Shown here in pieces: positions 1 through 9,693 of a stretch of DNA of 64,000 nucleotides. The stretch comes from a virus. The first letter of the stretch is position 1, and every line of letters begins with the position of its first letter. The stretch covers positions 1 to 64,000 of the IMG/VR virus record IMGVR_UViG_3300046758_000611. One strand, given 5' to 3'. The notes under the pieces were generated by a model. That model saw nothing but the letters and a program-made list of their open reading frames with translations. It searched no databases and was not told the origin of the DNA. The position numbers and the translations under genes are program-made.

Positions 1-33
1 ATTTATATATATCGTTTTATATTGTCAAATAGT

Positions 34-357
34 TTATAATGATTTCAAATTTTGTTTTTTCATGCGATGCACAAGAATACCGAGCAGTAATAAAAAAGCA
101 AATGGTATTACATAAAACCAAACTGAAGTTTCTACTTCTATATTTTTTTTATTTGTTTCTGATTCATAAGTGAGAGTATCGTCTACTTGACTTGAATTTA
201 AATCATCGGTGTGTGGTGCTTTGGTTTGTTCTACATTAACTATTGGTTCTTGTTGTGGAATTCCCAAACTAGAATTTCCGTAGTTAAGTATGCTTTTTTT
301 AATGCCACACGATGACAATAATACCAAGCACGTTAGTAATACAATTAATGTTTTCAT
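34..357 (-). CDS. Lipoprotein with C-terminal transmembrane helix (u-spanin-like architecture)
   Basis: Signal peptide ending in lipobox LSSC, polar low-complexity middle, C-terminal hydrophobic helix VWFYVIPFAFLLLLGILV plus basic tail; AAGGAG Shine-Dalgarno upstream. Confidence 0.6.
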   Translation of the reverse strand: MKTLIVLLTCLVLLSSCGIKKSILNYGNSSLGIPQQEPIVNVEQTKAPHTDDLNSSQVDDTLTYESETNKKNIEVETSVWFYVIPFAFLLLLGILVHRMKKQNLKSL

Positions 358-384
358 ATATAGTTCTCCTTTATCTTGAAGAAT

Positions 385-413
385 AATATACCATACATTA
401 TTCGTTATGTAAA
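385..413 (-). promoter_or_regulatory. sigma70-like promoter
   Basis: TTTACA-17 nt-TATATT with TGn extension, upstream of 34..357. Confidence 0.5.
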
Positions 414-530
414 GTTTTATTTATTTTTTGCCGTGACAAAGACAATCACATTTATTGTCTTTGCAACATGAAACAAAAAAACATTTAATCTTACAAATTA
501 ATTTTTTTATTAACATCATTATAATAAATA

Positions 531-1007
531 TTAGTGTATCACTTTAATTTTAAGTCCAGCACGAACAAAAGTTAATTTTACAAATTCTTCAAAAAAGAAG
601 ACATATGCAGGACCATCGTAGTTTTTTCTTGCTATTTCGATTTCCTTTTCGTATATCTCCATCCACTTAGTACAATCATCGTACACTTTTTTATCAACCA
701 CATCATGGGATAAATTATACCTATGAATATTCATTGCAAGTTGTAATTGATCTTTTGTTAATGTTGCATGAGTTTTAATATCTCTTTCAAACTGAATTTG
801 CATTTCTTTTTGTTTTTGAAGTTCCTCATAAGATTTTTGCAGTAACGGGTTGATTAATTCTTTCCAGTCTTTCCATTCTTCTTTACCACTCAATGCTTCT
901 TTAGGAGTGGGTGCTTTTATAAACCCATCACCCTCGGCACACGAAGTAACCAAGGGTGACATTAAAATAAAATATATAACATTTAAAAACCTAACAAAAA
1001 ATCGCAT
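531..1007 (-). CDS. Hypothetical lipoprotein
   Basis: Hydrophobic N-terminus ending VTSC; start abuts the stop of the protease gene. Confidence 0.5.
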   Translation of the reverse strand: MRFFVRFLNVIYFILMSPLVTSCAEGDGFIKAPTPKEALSGKEEWKDWKELINPLLQKSYEELQKQKEMQIQFERDIKTHATLTKDQLQLAMNIHRYNLSHDVVDKKVYDDCTKWMEIYEKEIEIARKNYDGPAYVFFFEEFVKLTFVRAGLKIKVIH

Positions 1008-2035
1008 TATCTATGCTCAATTCTGTAAGGACTCATTCCGTCAAATGGCATAATCTTTAATTCTTTTTCGAACTCATTGGATTTATCAAAACCATTCAAT
1101 AATTTATCATCAAATTTATACTTAGTCTTAATTCTATAAGGAAATGTAGACTTTACACTATACTCGTCATCGTCTCCTTCTTCATCCTTACGAATAACAC
1201 CTGTATCTTCAATTTGCATACTTAAAATTTCTTCCATAGGTGGCATTTCAACTTTAGGATCAATTGCCCACATAATATCATTCTTTTCTGCCCAACGAAT
1301 CATTCTACGCACAGGAACCATTAAATTAAATCCTTCTCCCGCACCACGCACAATCATGCCAACATATTGTCCATTTTGCAAATAAACTCCACCTCCAGAA
1401 CTTCCTGGAAATGCAGTAACGGTTGTTTGGTCATATTCAAATTTATCGAGAGTTCGTCCGACTTGTGAAATAATTCCAGTTGTCATTGAATTTGCACCCA
1501 TTTGACCAAGCAACGAACCAACGTGGAATAAATCAGTTCCAATTGGAATGATTCTATCATTTTCTTCTTTAAGATAAAAATCAACTCCGTCTTTTGCATA
1601 ATCCTTTGCACGAACCATAAGAAGTGCCAAATCATGACCATCTTCAGCATTTGAATATTTGATGATTTTCGCATCCATTTTCATTTCACCAACTCTACGA
1701 CCTTTTTCTACAAGTTCTTTTACGATTGATGCATCGTCAAATTCAACAATTTTTACAGGAGTACCTCCTTCAATAACACTACGAACTTTACGAAGATTAT
1801 CTACCACATGGGCAGCCGTCCAAACAAATGTAACTTTTTTTCCGTCAACTTCACGAATAATCATTGCACCTGAACCTTCGGAACTACTATATCGTGCTTT
1901 TGCTTTTATTGTAACCGATACATCTTGCAAGTGATCCGCAACTTCCCTTAATTGTTTATAGTTTGGTGATCCGAAAATAACATTAACGGAAATTGCCATA
2001 AAGGCCACGATTGCGAAAATCTTGCTTGAATTCAT
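1007..2035 (-). CDS. Secreted trypsin-like (S1) serine protease
   Basis: Catalytic triad motifs TAAHVV, HDLAL, FPGSSGGG; signal peptide MNSSKIFAIVAFMAISVNVIFG; ATG 2035 follows a G-rich SD, so it is preferred over the longer ORF-track start. Confidence 0.85.
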   Translation of the reverse strand: MNSSKIFAIVAFMAISVNVIFGSPNYKQLREVADHLQDVSVTIKAKARYSSSEGSGAMIIREVDGKKVTFVWTAAHVVDNLRKVRSVIEGGTPVKIVEFDDASIVKELVEKGRRVGEMKMDAKIIKYSNAEDGHDLALLMVRAKDYAKDGVDFYLKEENDRIIPIGTDLFHVGSLLGQMGANSMTTGIISQVGRTLDKFEYDQTTVTAFPGSSGGGVYLQNGQYVGMIVRGAGEGFNLMVPVRRMIRWAEKNDIMWAIDPKVEMPPMEEILSMQIEDTGVIRKDEEGDDDEYSVKSTFPYRIKTKYKFDDKLLNGFDKSNEFEKELKIMPFDGMSPYRIEHR

Positions 2036-2117
2036 AGTTTTACCCCCCTGGGTTAATTGGTTAATAATATATTTATATATATTACCCCATTGAGGGTTTT
2101 TAGTCAATTACATTAAA

Positions 2118-4601
2118 TTATTGACAACTTTCGCAAACTTCACCACGCATTTTTGCTTCTAAACTACATAAGGACGGAGAGGGTTCACCTTCTGATTCTT
2201 TATTTTCAGTTTCGGTGTTATGTTCGTCTACGTTGACACCTGTGCTTTTTTCAACAGCACTTGCGGCCAAATTACGCAAGTAGTAAGTCGTTTTCAAACC
2301 ACTTTTCCATGCGTGGAAATAAACATCGTTAAGAAACTTCATACTACTTTTATCGTTGTAAAGATTTAAACTTTGTCCTTGATCAATCCACTTTTGTCGT
2401 GCAGATGCACAATCAATAAGTTTAAATTGATCTTGTTGAAATGCGGTTTTATACTTCTCTTTGATCCAGGGTGGAATTGCTCCGTTTAGTTTCTGCAAAT
2501 CTCCATCTACACTTTTAACAAGATTGCTAAGTTCTTTTGTCCACAATCCTTCTGCTTTCATATCGTTCACAAAGTATTCATTCATCATTGTAAATTCACC
2601 ACTCAATGTAGAATACACAAAGATAACACCAAAGTTTGGTTCAATACTTTGTGAACATCCTGCAATATAACTAATTGTTGCGGTTGGAGCAATGGCCATT
2701 GTATTAGAATTACGCATTCCTTGTTTAGCAACTTTCTTTTTGAGTTTGTCCCAATCTTTACGCAATCGTACTTCATCAGAATTTCCACGAAGTTTCATAA
2801 CTTGTTTCCAAGTATCAATCGGAAATGTTCCTTGACTCCAAAGACTTCCTGAATATGAACTATAAGTTTCACGATCAAGTGCCATATCAGAAGATGCTTC
2901 AATTGCAAAATAAGAAATGTTTTCGTAAATTTCATCGGAAATACGAACTGCATCATCACTTTCGTAATTAACATTAAACTCATAAAACATATCATGCCAA
3001 CCCATTGTTCCAAGACCAACAGGACGATGATTCATATTACTTTTACGTGCTTCTTCAGTTGGATAATAATTAAGATCAATAACATTATCCAGCATACGCA
3101 TTGCAGTTTTTACACTACTTTCAAGTTTTTTGTAATCAATAGATTTTTCTCCGTGTTTGTTTACATCAACGTGTCGTTTCAAATTCACACTTGCTAAATT
3201 ACAAGTTGCAGTTTCTCCGTATTCTTTTACTGAACGAGTTCCTTCGTTATCATGAATAGTTGGTTTTGTATGAAGAAGAATTTCTGTACACAGATTACTA
3301 CTATGAACCGTTCCTTCGTGCTGATTGCTGTAACGAATATTACTTGGGTCTTTGAATGTAACCCACGGATGACCCGTTTCAAAAATACTTTTCAACATTT
3401 TCTTCCAAAGGTCTTTTGCTTTTACTTCACGAAAAACACTAAGTTCACCTTCTTGACCTTTTTTAACATATTCCCAATATTTTGTTTCAAACTTTTCACC
3501 AAAAATTTCGTGCAACTCAGGTGTTTCATTTGGACTAAACAAATACCACGGACCATCAGTTTCAACTTGCTTCATAAACAAATCAGGAATCCAATTTGCG
3601 GTATTCATATCGTGGCAACGCATTCTATCATCACCCACAGTTTTTCTTAATGCCAAAAAGTCTTCAATATCTGCGTGCCAGGTTTCAAGGTATGCACATC
3701 CCGCACCTTTTCTTTTACCACCTTGATTAACTGCAACAAGCATATCATTGTAAAGTTTCCAAAAGTAAACTGGTCCTTGATTGATTCCGTTTGTTCCTTT
3801 GATGTAACTTCCTCTTGCACGGAAATTGGTAATATCAAATCCAAGACCACCTGCGAATTTACTTTTTCTTGCTTCTTGCCATATTCCATCGAATATTCCA
3901 TCAATAGAATCATCAAATGTATTAAGATAGCAACTACTCAATTGACTATGAGTTGTTCCACTATTAAACAAAGTTGGAGTGGAACTTACTACGTCAAAGC
4001 AACTAAGTGTTTCGTAAAACTTAATTGCGTATGCTTGACGTTCTTCCGGTTTCTCGTTCAAGGCAAGACCCATTGCAATACGCATCCACATTGCTTGTGG
4101 TGTTTCCATACGTCTACCACTAATATGAAGTAAATAACGATCATATATCGTTTGAATACCAAGATACTTCCAATCCTTTTCTCGTTCAATATTAAGTTTG
4201 TCACTCAATTCACGTAAATCAAAACACTCAAGAAGTTGTTCGTTTAAAATTTCCTCTCGGACTAATTTACGCATATTTGTAATAAAACTTTTACGATACT
4301 GAAGTTCAAAAGCATCACTATCTACTCCCTCACCAAAAACTTCTTTGTAAATTGTATTAAGAAGCATTCTCGCAGCCATATAAGCATAATTCGGTTCAAA
4401 CTCAATTTTAGACCTCGCACTCATAATAAGTGATTTGTCTATTTCTACCGTTGTAACTTTATCATACAACTTGATTTTGGCATCAATCAAAACTTCACTT
4501 GCACTAACGTTATCTAAATTTTTTGCGGCTCTTTCGGCACATTTGTTGATTTTATCAACATTGAAGTCTTCTAGTCTACCATTTCTTTTCTTTACTTTCA
4601 C
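2118..4601 (-). CDS. nrdA: Ribonucleoside-diphosphate reductase class I alpha subunit with ATP cone
   Basis: ATP cone VKKRNG, TPTLFNSG, SSCY, SNLCTEI, TCNLAS, APTATIS, KTTYYLR, C-terminal CESCQ. Confidence 0.97.
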   Translation of the reverse strand: MKVKKRNGRLEDFNVDKINKCAERAAKNLDNVSASEVLIDAKIKLYDKVTTVEIDKSLIMSARSKIEFEPNYAYMAARMLLNTIYKEVFGEGVDSDAFELQYRKSFITNMRKLVREEILNEQLLECFDLRELSDKLNIEREKDWKYLGIQTIYDRYLLHISGRRMETPQAMWMRIAMGLALNEKPEERQAYAIKFYETLSCFDVVSSTPTLFNSGTTHSQLSSCYLNTFDDSIDGIFDGIWQEARKSKFAGGLGFDITNFRARGSYIKGTNGINQGPVYFWKLYNDMLVAVNQGGKRKGAGCAYLETWHADIEDFLALRKTVGDDRMRCHDMNTANWIPDLFMKQVETDGPWYLFSPNETPELHEIFGEKFETKYWEYVKKGQEGELSVFREVKAKDLWKKMLKSIFETGHPWVTFKDPSNIRYSNQHEGTVHSSNLCTEILLHTKPTIHDNEGTRSVKEYGETATCNLASVNLKRHVDVNKHGEKSIDYKKLESSVKTAMRMLDNVIDLNYYPTEEARKSNMNHRPVGLGTMGWHDMFYEFNVNYESDDAVRISDEIYENISYFAIEASSDMALDRETYSSYSGSLWSQGTFPIDTWKQVMKLRGNSDEVRLRKDWDKLKKKVAKQGMRNSNTMAIAPTATISYIAGCSQSIEPNFGVIFVYSTLSGEFTMMNEYFVNDMKAEGLWTKELSNLVKSVDGDLQKLNGAIPPWIKEKYKTAFQQDQFKLIDCASARQKWIDQGQSLNLYNDKSSMKFLNDVYFHAWKSGLKTTYYLRNLAASAVEKSTGVNVDEHNTETENKESEGEPSPSLCSLEAKMRGEVCESCQ

Positions 4602-4705
4602 TTGTAACCTTTTGTTAGTTTTTTTATATTAACATTATAATTTAATTATATAAATATATTTTACGAAATGCATCGTAAAAATACATACTATATATACAGA
4701 ATTTT

Positions 4706-6121
4706 TTAACCAATATCAACACTATCTTCTTTATTATATGAATTTTTATTGTTCATTTGGTCATACTTGGATTTTAAAAGATTCTTTGCACCATTCTCAG
4801 AATCATTCATTTCCACCATTATTTCCGCACCCTTTGTACTTTGCTCATCATATATTTCAATAACACCAGAAGAAGTGTCAACTCTACTTGGAAATGTCAA
4901 ACCATCAGGTCCAAACCGATTTTTAATGACATGAAATCTACCTGTACTACTAACCTTGTCAGTTGCTTTTCTAGACAAACTTATCACAAAGTCTGCCGTC
5001 ATTATTTTACGATAACTATCCGCAACTTTTTGTGCTTCAATAATATTATCATCTAATGACGAACGACTTGCCTGTGATGCCGTCCAAACAGGCACTCCGA
5101 GTTCGCCCGCAAGGCCTCGAAGATCCTCATAAATTCCCCCCTGCTCAACATAACTGTTGGCATTATTTCCGTGATTACCCGGAGATAAAATATCTGCATA
5201 ATCAATTACAACCATATCAACTGGGTACCCCATTGTATTTGCTAAATTTGCGTGTGCAAGAATTGTACTTACTCCTACACTTTTTGTTGGATATTCTTTA
5301 ATAAGAAGTTTTCCTTTAATATTTGCTACGACATTTTTTACTTTTTCTTCATGCTCCATTATATCTTGAAATGGAATGCCCGTGAAGCAACTATCGTAAC
5401 GAAGTCCAACATAACACTCATTAAGTTCTAATGTATAATGTAATACATTCTTACCACTTTGCATTGCCGATTTACCAAGTGATGCTAAACACCAACTTTT
5501 ACCACCTCCTGCACTACTAATAATAACACCAAGTTCTCCAGGTCCCAATCCACCATTTGTTAAATCATCAATCACGTCCCAACCTGTGTTGATTGTATCC
5601 CGAGCAGTTTCTGACATTCTTAATGCTATATCACGTGCATAATCATGCCCTATGTCACGTTCTGTTCCTGCTTTTAGTGCATCATCTACAATTCGTTTAA
5701 TAGAGTCGTATTGACCACCTTTAAGAAAGTCAACACTCTGCATAATTGCGTTTTTAAGTTTTTGATTTTTACAAAAGTTTAAAAACTCATTTTTAACAAA
5801 TTCAGCATCGTTCGTATCAACTTGTGTGAATATACTTCTAAGTTGATCAATGATTGCGGCCTTTAGTGAATCAATGTTTACATCATCACACTTAATCTTA
5901 AATACATCAAGTGTTGTTGTTCTTTTATACTTACCATAATGCGTTAAAATTTCATCTACAATCCACTTATGTGCTTCACTTTCCCAATATTCAGTTTCAA
6001 TAATATCGTGAGTTCTTTCCAAGAACTTTTTATCGTCAATTAAAGCACGAATGGTTTTACTTTGAAATGCAGTTCCAAACTTTTGTAAGGTATCCACATT
6101 ATTATTTATAGTCTCCGTCAT
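4706..6121 (-). CDS. Replicative DnaB-like (T4 gp41-like) helicase
   Basis: Walker A SSAGGGKS, YTLEL, IDYADI, VWTASQ, KNRFG. Confidence 0.92.
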   Translation of the reverse strand: MTETINNNVDTLQKFGTAFQSKTIRALIDDKKFLERTHDIIETEYWESEAHKWIVDEILTHYGKYKRTTTLDVFKIKCDDVNIDSLKAAIIDQLRSIFTQVDTNDAEFVKNEFLNFCKNQKLKNAIMQSVDFLKGGQYDSIKRIVDDALKAGTERDIGHDYARDIALRMSETARDTINTGWDVIDDLTNGGLGPGELGVIISSAGGGKSWCLASLGKSAMQSGKNVLHYTLELNECYVGLRYDSCFTGIPFQDIMEHEEKVKNVVANIKGKLLIKEYPTKSVGVSTILAHANLANTMGYPVDMVVIDYADILSPGNHGNNANSYVEQGGIYEDLRGLAGELGVPVWTASQASRSSLDDNIIEAQKVADSYRKIMTADFVISLSRKATDKVSSTGRFHVIKNRFGPDGLTFPSRVDTSSGVIEIYDEQSTKGAEIMVEMNDSENGAKNLLKSKYDQMNNKNSYNKEDSVDIG

Positions 6122-6131
6122 ATATTAAATT

Positions 6132-6160
6132 AGATTATCAAATGATTGGAATCCAATCAA
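6132..6160 (-). promoter_or_regulatory. sigma70-like promoter containing a perfect 8-bp inverted repeat (possible operator)
   Basis: TTGATT-17 nt-TAATCT; TGATTGGA-A-TCCAATCA palindrome at 6143-6159. Confidence 0.45.
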
Positions 6161-6177
6161 GACTTTTTTTAAAAAAA

Positions 6178-7257
6178 TTACGATTGTGAAGAAATCGCAT
6201 AACTATTTAGCACCGACCAAGTTTCCATTAACCAATTATGATGATTCGGAAATGCAGCCCATAATTGGTCTTCGGCAAATTTTTTACTAAACTCAAACTT
6301 ATTAAGTTCAGTCACAGGTGACTCAACATGGTCAAATATTTTTGTTTGCATACTTGCAGGTAAAATACTATCTTTAAGTTGCATCAAATCATAGTTTCTT
6401 TTTAACAATAATTGATTTTCTTCTTTTAGAAAATTTTTATACAAAGGCATCTGCGGTTTTCTGTCTTCGGAAATTTTTAATAAATCCTCAACAGACAATT
6501 TTGATTCGTTTGCAAATTCAGGGAAAGCAGTTTTTAACTTTTTTTCACCAACACCCTTTATACCTGCTATATTATCACCACGGTCTCCATCTATGGTTCG
6601 GTATACCAAAAAGTTGTTTGGGTGTATGCCATATTCAAGTAAAACTTTTTCTTGTGTATACAAAGTTCTTTTGGTGGGACTATATACTGTAACATCCTCA
6701 TCAACGAGTTGAATGAAATCTTTATCAGTACTCATTATAGTTGTCCGTTTACCAAGGCCACTAAATTTTGATCTAGCAAGTAATGCGATTACATCGTCTG
6801 CTTCTACATTATCAATGCAAATCGTAGTTACTGGTAGCATATTTAAATACTCAATGAGTTTCACAATTTGATACTTCATAGAACTTGATTCTTCACTCTG
6901 ATCCATATCTAAACTTAACGCACGATTTACACGAAATCGTACATTTTTTTTCATTTTGTAATCTGGAAATATTTTTCTTCTTCGTGTACTACCACCTTTT
7001 CCATCAAACACAACTACACATCTAGTTGGTTTTCGTAAACGAATTGCATGACCGATACTTTTTAAAAAACCTGTATATCCACCTATATGATCACCATTTT
7101 CATTTGTAGTTGGATACATACTCCAAACTCGCATGAATGTGTTCATACCATCAACTAAAAGTGTGTCGGAATTTATATCCCGTTCCACTTCTAATTCATT
7201 CTTTTTTTCTTTTGAAAATTCTTGAAATAAACTAAATATTTTACTTTTATCACTCAT
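6178..7257 (-). CDS. 5'-3' exonuclease / flap endonuclease (T4 RNase H-like)
   Basis: LLVDGMN, VVFDG, YK, EADDVIA, STDKDFIQL, GDRGDNIAGIKGVGEK (H3TH). Confidence 0.92.
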   Translation of the reverse strand: MSDKSKIFSLFQEFSKEKKNELEVERDINSDTLLVDGMNTFMRVWSMYPTTNENGDHIGGYTGFLKSIGHAIRLRKPTRCVVVFDGKGGSTRRRKIFPDYKMKKNVRFRVNRALSLDMDQSEESSSMKYQIVKLIEYLNMLPVTTICIDNVEADDVIALLARSKFSGLGKRTTIMSTDKDFIQLVDEDVTVYSPTKRTLYTQEKVLLEYGIHPNNFLVYRTIDGDRGDNIAGIKGVGEKKLKTAFPEFANESKLSVEDLLKISEDRKPQMPLYKNFLKEENQLLLKRNYDLMQLKDSILPASMQTKIFDHVESPVTELNKFEFSKKFAEDQLWAAFPNHHNWLMETWSVLNSYAISSQS

Positions 7258-8407
7258 CCGATATTGATGCCAATTCTTGTTCTACAATTGTATCATTATC
7301 TTCAAATTCAACATCTTCATCAATGACACTATTTGCAGATTCATACTGCATAACAACTTTGTCACAAATTTGAGTATATAACTCGTCTTTTAGTTCAGGA
7401 TTTTCTGCTAACAAAGTTGGAAATTCCTTTGCCATAAACTTGTGTTCATTTTCTTTAGAATCAACATAGGTGTAATATGCCCCACCTTGCTTAAATACTT
7501 TATGAGTTTTAAGTGTAGTAATCCAACTTCCCAAATCATCAATACCACGATTGAAATAAATTTCAAAGGCTGCTTTTCTTTGAGGAGGACCCATACGATT
7601 CTTAACGATTGTTGCTTCGCACTTATTTCCGATTACTTCGGTTGTAGAACCCTGTTTGATTTGTCCAAGATTCTTTAAACGAAGACGAACACTTGCGTGG
7701 AATGCCAATGCTTTACCACCACTTGTTGTCCACGGATCACCAAACATAACTCCCATCTTTTGACGAAGTTGGTTGGTGAATACTAAAGCAATTCGTTGAC
7801 GTCCTATTGTAGAAGTCAACTTACGCATTGCTTTACTAATTAGAATTGCTTTGGTTGTTGCAAATCCATCTTTACTATAATCTGCGGACATTTCTACTTT
7901 AGTTGATGCGGCCGCAACACTATCTGTCACAATAGTTACGAGTCTATCTTTGTTGCTTTTACGAATCGTTGCGATGATATTATCAATTGTTGCGAAGATG
8001 TCTTCTACAGTATCTACATGAACATACAACAACTTGGTTGTATCAACACCGATAGCAGTTAAATATTCAATACTAACACTTGTTTCCGTGTCTATATACA
8101 CTGCAACACCTCCCTTCTTTTGAGTTTCCGCAAGAATGTGACCACACAACAAACTTTTACCACTTTGTTCTAGTCCAGTTACTTCGGTGATTCGTCCCAC
8201 AGGAATTCCACCATTCGGACGATTTGAAATTGCCAAATCAAGTAAACTACTACCTGTTGGAATCCAATCGGAAATTAAAGAAGGATCATCTCCTTCATTT
8301 AAAAAGAATGCTACTTTACCTTCATCCTTATACGCAGAGTTTAGACTTTCTGCAAGTACAGATGCTAAATCTTCTGATTTTGTTTTATCTTCTTTTTTTC
8401 TTGCCAT
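7250..8407 (-). CDS. recA: RecA/UvsX recombinase
   Basis: IPTGSSLLDLA, GRITEVTGLEQSGKS, YIDTE, DSVAA, FTNQLR, TSGGKALAFHASVRL; likely start MARKK at 8407. Confidence 0.95.
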   Translation of the reverse strand: MARKKEDKTKSEDLASVLAESLNSAYKDEGKVAFFLNEGDDPSLISDWIPTGSSLLDLAISNRPNGGIPVGRITEVTGLEQSGKSLLCGHILAETQKKGGVAVYIDTETSVSIEYLTAIGVDTTKLLYVHVDTVEDIFATIDNIIATIRKSNKDRLVTIVTDSVAAASTKVEMSADYSKDGFATTKAILISKAMRKLTSTIGRQRIALVFTNQLRQKMGVMFGDPWTTSGGKALAFHASVRLRLKNLGQIKQGSTTEVIGNKCEATIVKNRMGPPQRKAAFEIYFNRGIDDLGSWITTLKTHKVFKQGGAYYTYVDSKENEHKFMAKEFPTLLAENPELKDELYTQICDKVVMQYESANSVIDEDVEFEDNDTIVEQELASISDE

Positions 8408-8424
8408 AAATTTTAAATTGATAT

Positions 8425-8453
8425 GAGGGTGGTTGGAGATGCCAACCACCCTC
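8425..8453. other. GC-rich 12-bp hairpin between the gp32 and recA genes
   Basis: GAGGGTGGTTGG-agatg-CCAACCACCCTC perfect stem; no U-tract follows it on the coding strand. Confidence 0.7.
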
Positions 8454-8461
8454 TTGGTTTT

Positions 8462-9292
8462 TTAAGACTTAAACAACTCTTCAAAAGCTGCCTCTACATC
8501 TTCCGTGGAAGTTGCATTGGGTTTACTTTTCTCTGAGGTAGCACTTGCAACTTCGGGTTGCTTTACTTCAGTTTGAGTTGATTCAACTACAACTTCATCA
8601 GTTGATACTGATTCGGCCGGTGGTGCATCTTCTTCGGACTCACCACTTACCCATTTTTCAAGAGCATCTTTCAATTCATCATAACTCAATTCTTGATAAA
8701 TTTCTGTGATTTCTGCTTGGTTGTTTGCAACTGACTCTGCGATATTCTTATTGTCAGATACAGGAGATGTGTTGGGTTTTACACGAATATTTGTTTTTGG
8801 AAATGATCGTCCTGCTTCTTCTGCCGAGAGAAACTCAATTGTGATGTCTCTTCCATTAATTGGATCAGTAATGTCTCCATAATCGGGGTCTGCAATAACT
8901 CCGAGTAGTTCTTGATATACTTCTTTACCAAAACCCCAAAAACGAACTCCTTCTGCTTCTTCACCACGAACGATGACAGGAACGAAAGTTCTCATTTTAG
9001 GCATAAGTGAACGTCCCATACGATAATCATCCTTATCTCCACTACGAGTTAACTTTTCAGCAAACTCAACGATAGGGTCTGGACGACCAAACGATTTTGG
9101 GGACAGATATGTCCGGTTGTTGATTCCATAGTGAAAGAACAATTCGATAAACGGATTATCCGGTTGGTGCATATAAGGCACAATACGAACCTGTTGTTTG
9201 CCAGGTTGAGGTTTCCATTGGTAATTCTTACGATTATTACTCTGAGAGAGGTTTGTAAGTTTTGCTTTGATTTTATCTAGGTCAATTGCCAT
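8462..9292 (-). CDS. Single-stranded DNA-binding protein (T4 gp32-like)
   Basis: WKPQPGKQQVRIVP, FHYG, FWGFGKEVY, DITDPINGRD, acidic C-terminal tail ending FEELFKS; sits next to recA. Confidence 0.85.
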   Translation of the reverse strand: MAIDLDKIKAKLTNLSQSNNRKNYQWKPQPGKQQVRIVPYMHQPDNPFIELFFHYGINNRTYLSPKSFGRPDPIVEFAEKLTRSGDKDDYRMGRSLMPKMRTFVPVIVRGEEAEGVRFWGFGKEVYQELLGVIADPDYGDITDPINGRDITIEFLSAEEAGRSFPKTNIRVKPNTSPVSDNKNIAESVANNQAEITEIYQELSYDELKDALEKWVSGESEEDAPPAESVSTDEVVVESTQTEVKQPEVASATSEKSKPNATSTEDVEAAFEELFKS

Positions 9293-9334
9293 TTTTTAAT
9301 CCTTAATTTAGTATTTGTTATTATTATTCTTAAT

Positions 9335-9363
9335 ATAATACAACTCGATTTGAATTTCGTCAA
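9335..9363 (-). promoter_or_regulatory. sigma70-like promoter for the gp32-recA-exonuclease genes
   Basis: TTGACG-17 nt-TATTAT. Confidence 0.7.
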
Positions 9364-9378
9364 TCAGAATTGTATACA

Positions 9379-9609
9379 TCAAGAGAGTTTTTCGCCATTT
9401 TCAACGAAATTGTAAAAGTCCGAAGCAATTTCTAATACTTCGTGTGTAGTTGGAATTGGTGGTATTTCTAAGGGAGTATTTTCAAATCTGGCACGACTTT
9501 CCAACTCGTCTTTTTCCATGTGCCATGCTTCCCATACCATCTCTTTTGCGTTTTTTAACACTTCTAATCGTATGCCGTGGGCATCGTATTTTTTATCTTT
9601 ATTACTCAT
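9379..9609 (-). CDS. Small hypothetical phage protein
   Basis: 76-aa ORF (IRLEVLKNA...ASDFYNFV) filling the gap, preceded by the recurrent ATATTTAT motif. Confidence 0.7.
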   Translation of the reverse strand: MSNKDKKYDAHGIRLEVLKNAKEMVWEAWHMEKDELESRARFENTPLEIPPIPTTHEVLEIASDFYNFVENGEKLS

Positions 9610-9693
9610 TTTTTAATTATTATTTAGTCAATTATATTTACTATATATAAATATATTTTACTTGAATTTTATATCAATTTCAAGGCAAAAAAA

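Noticed and set aside
358-530. tRNA or ncRNA in the larger intergenic gaps, including a 10-bp inverted repeat at 437-463
   Set aside because: No cloverleaf, T-loop or CCA pattern is visible; the inverted repeat alone is too little to assign a function.
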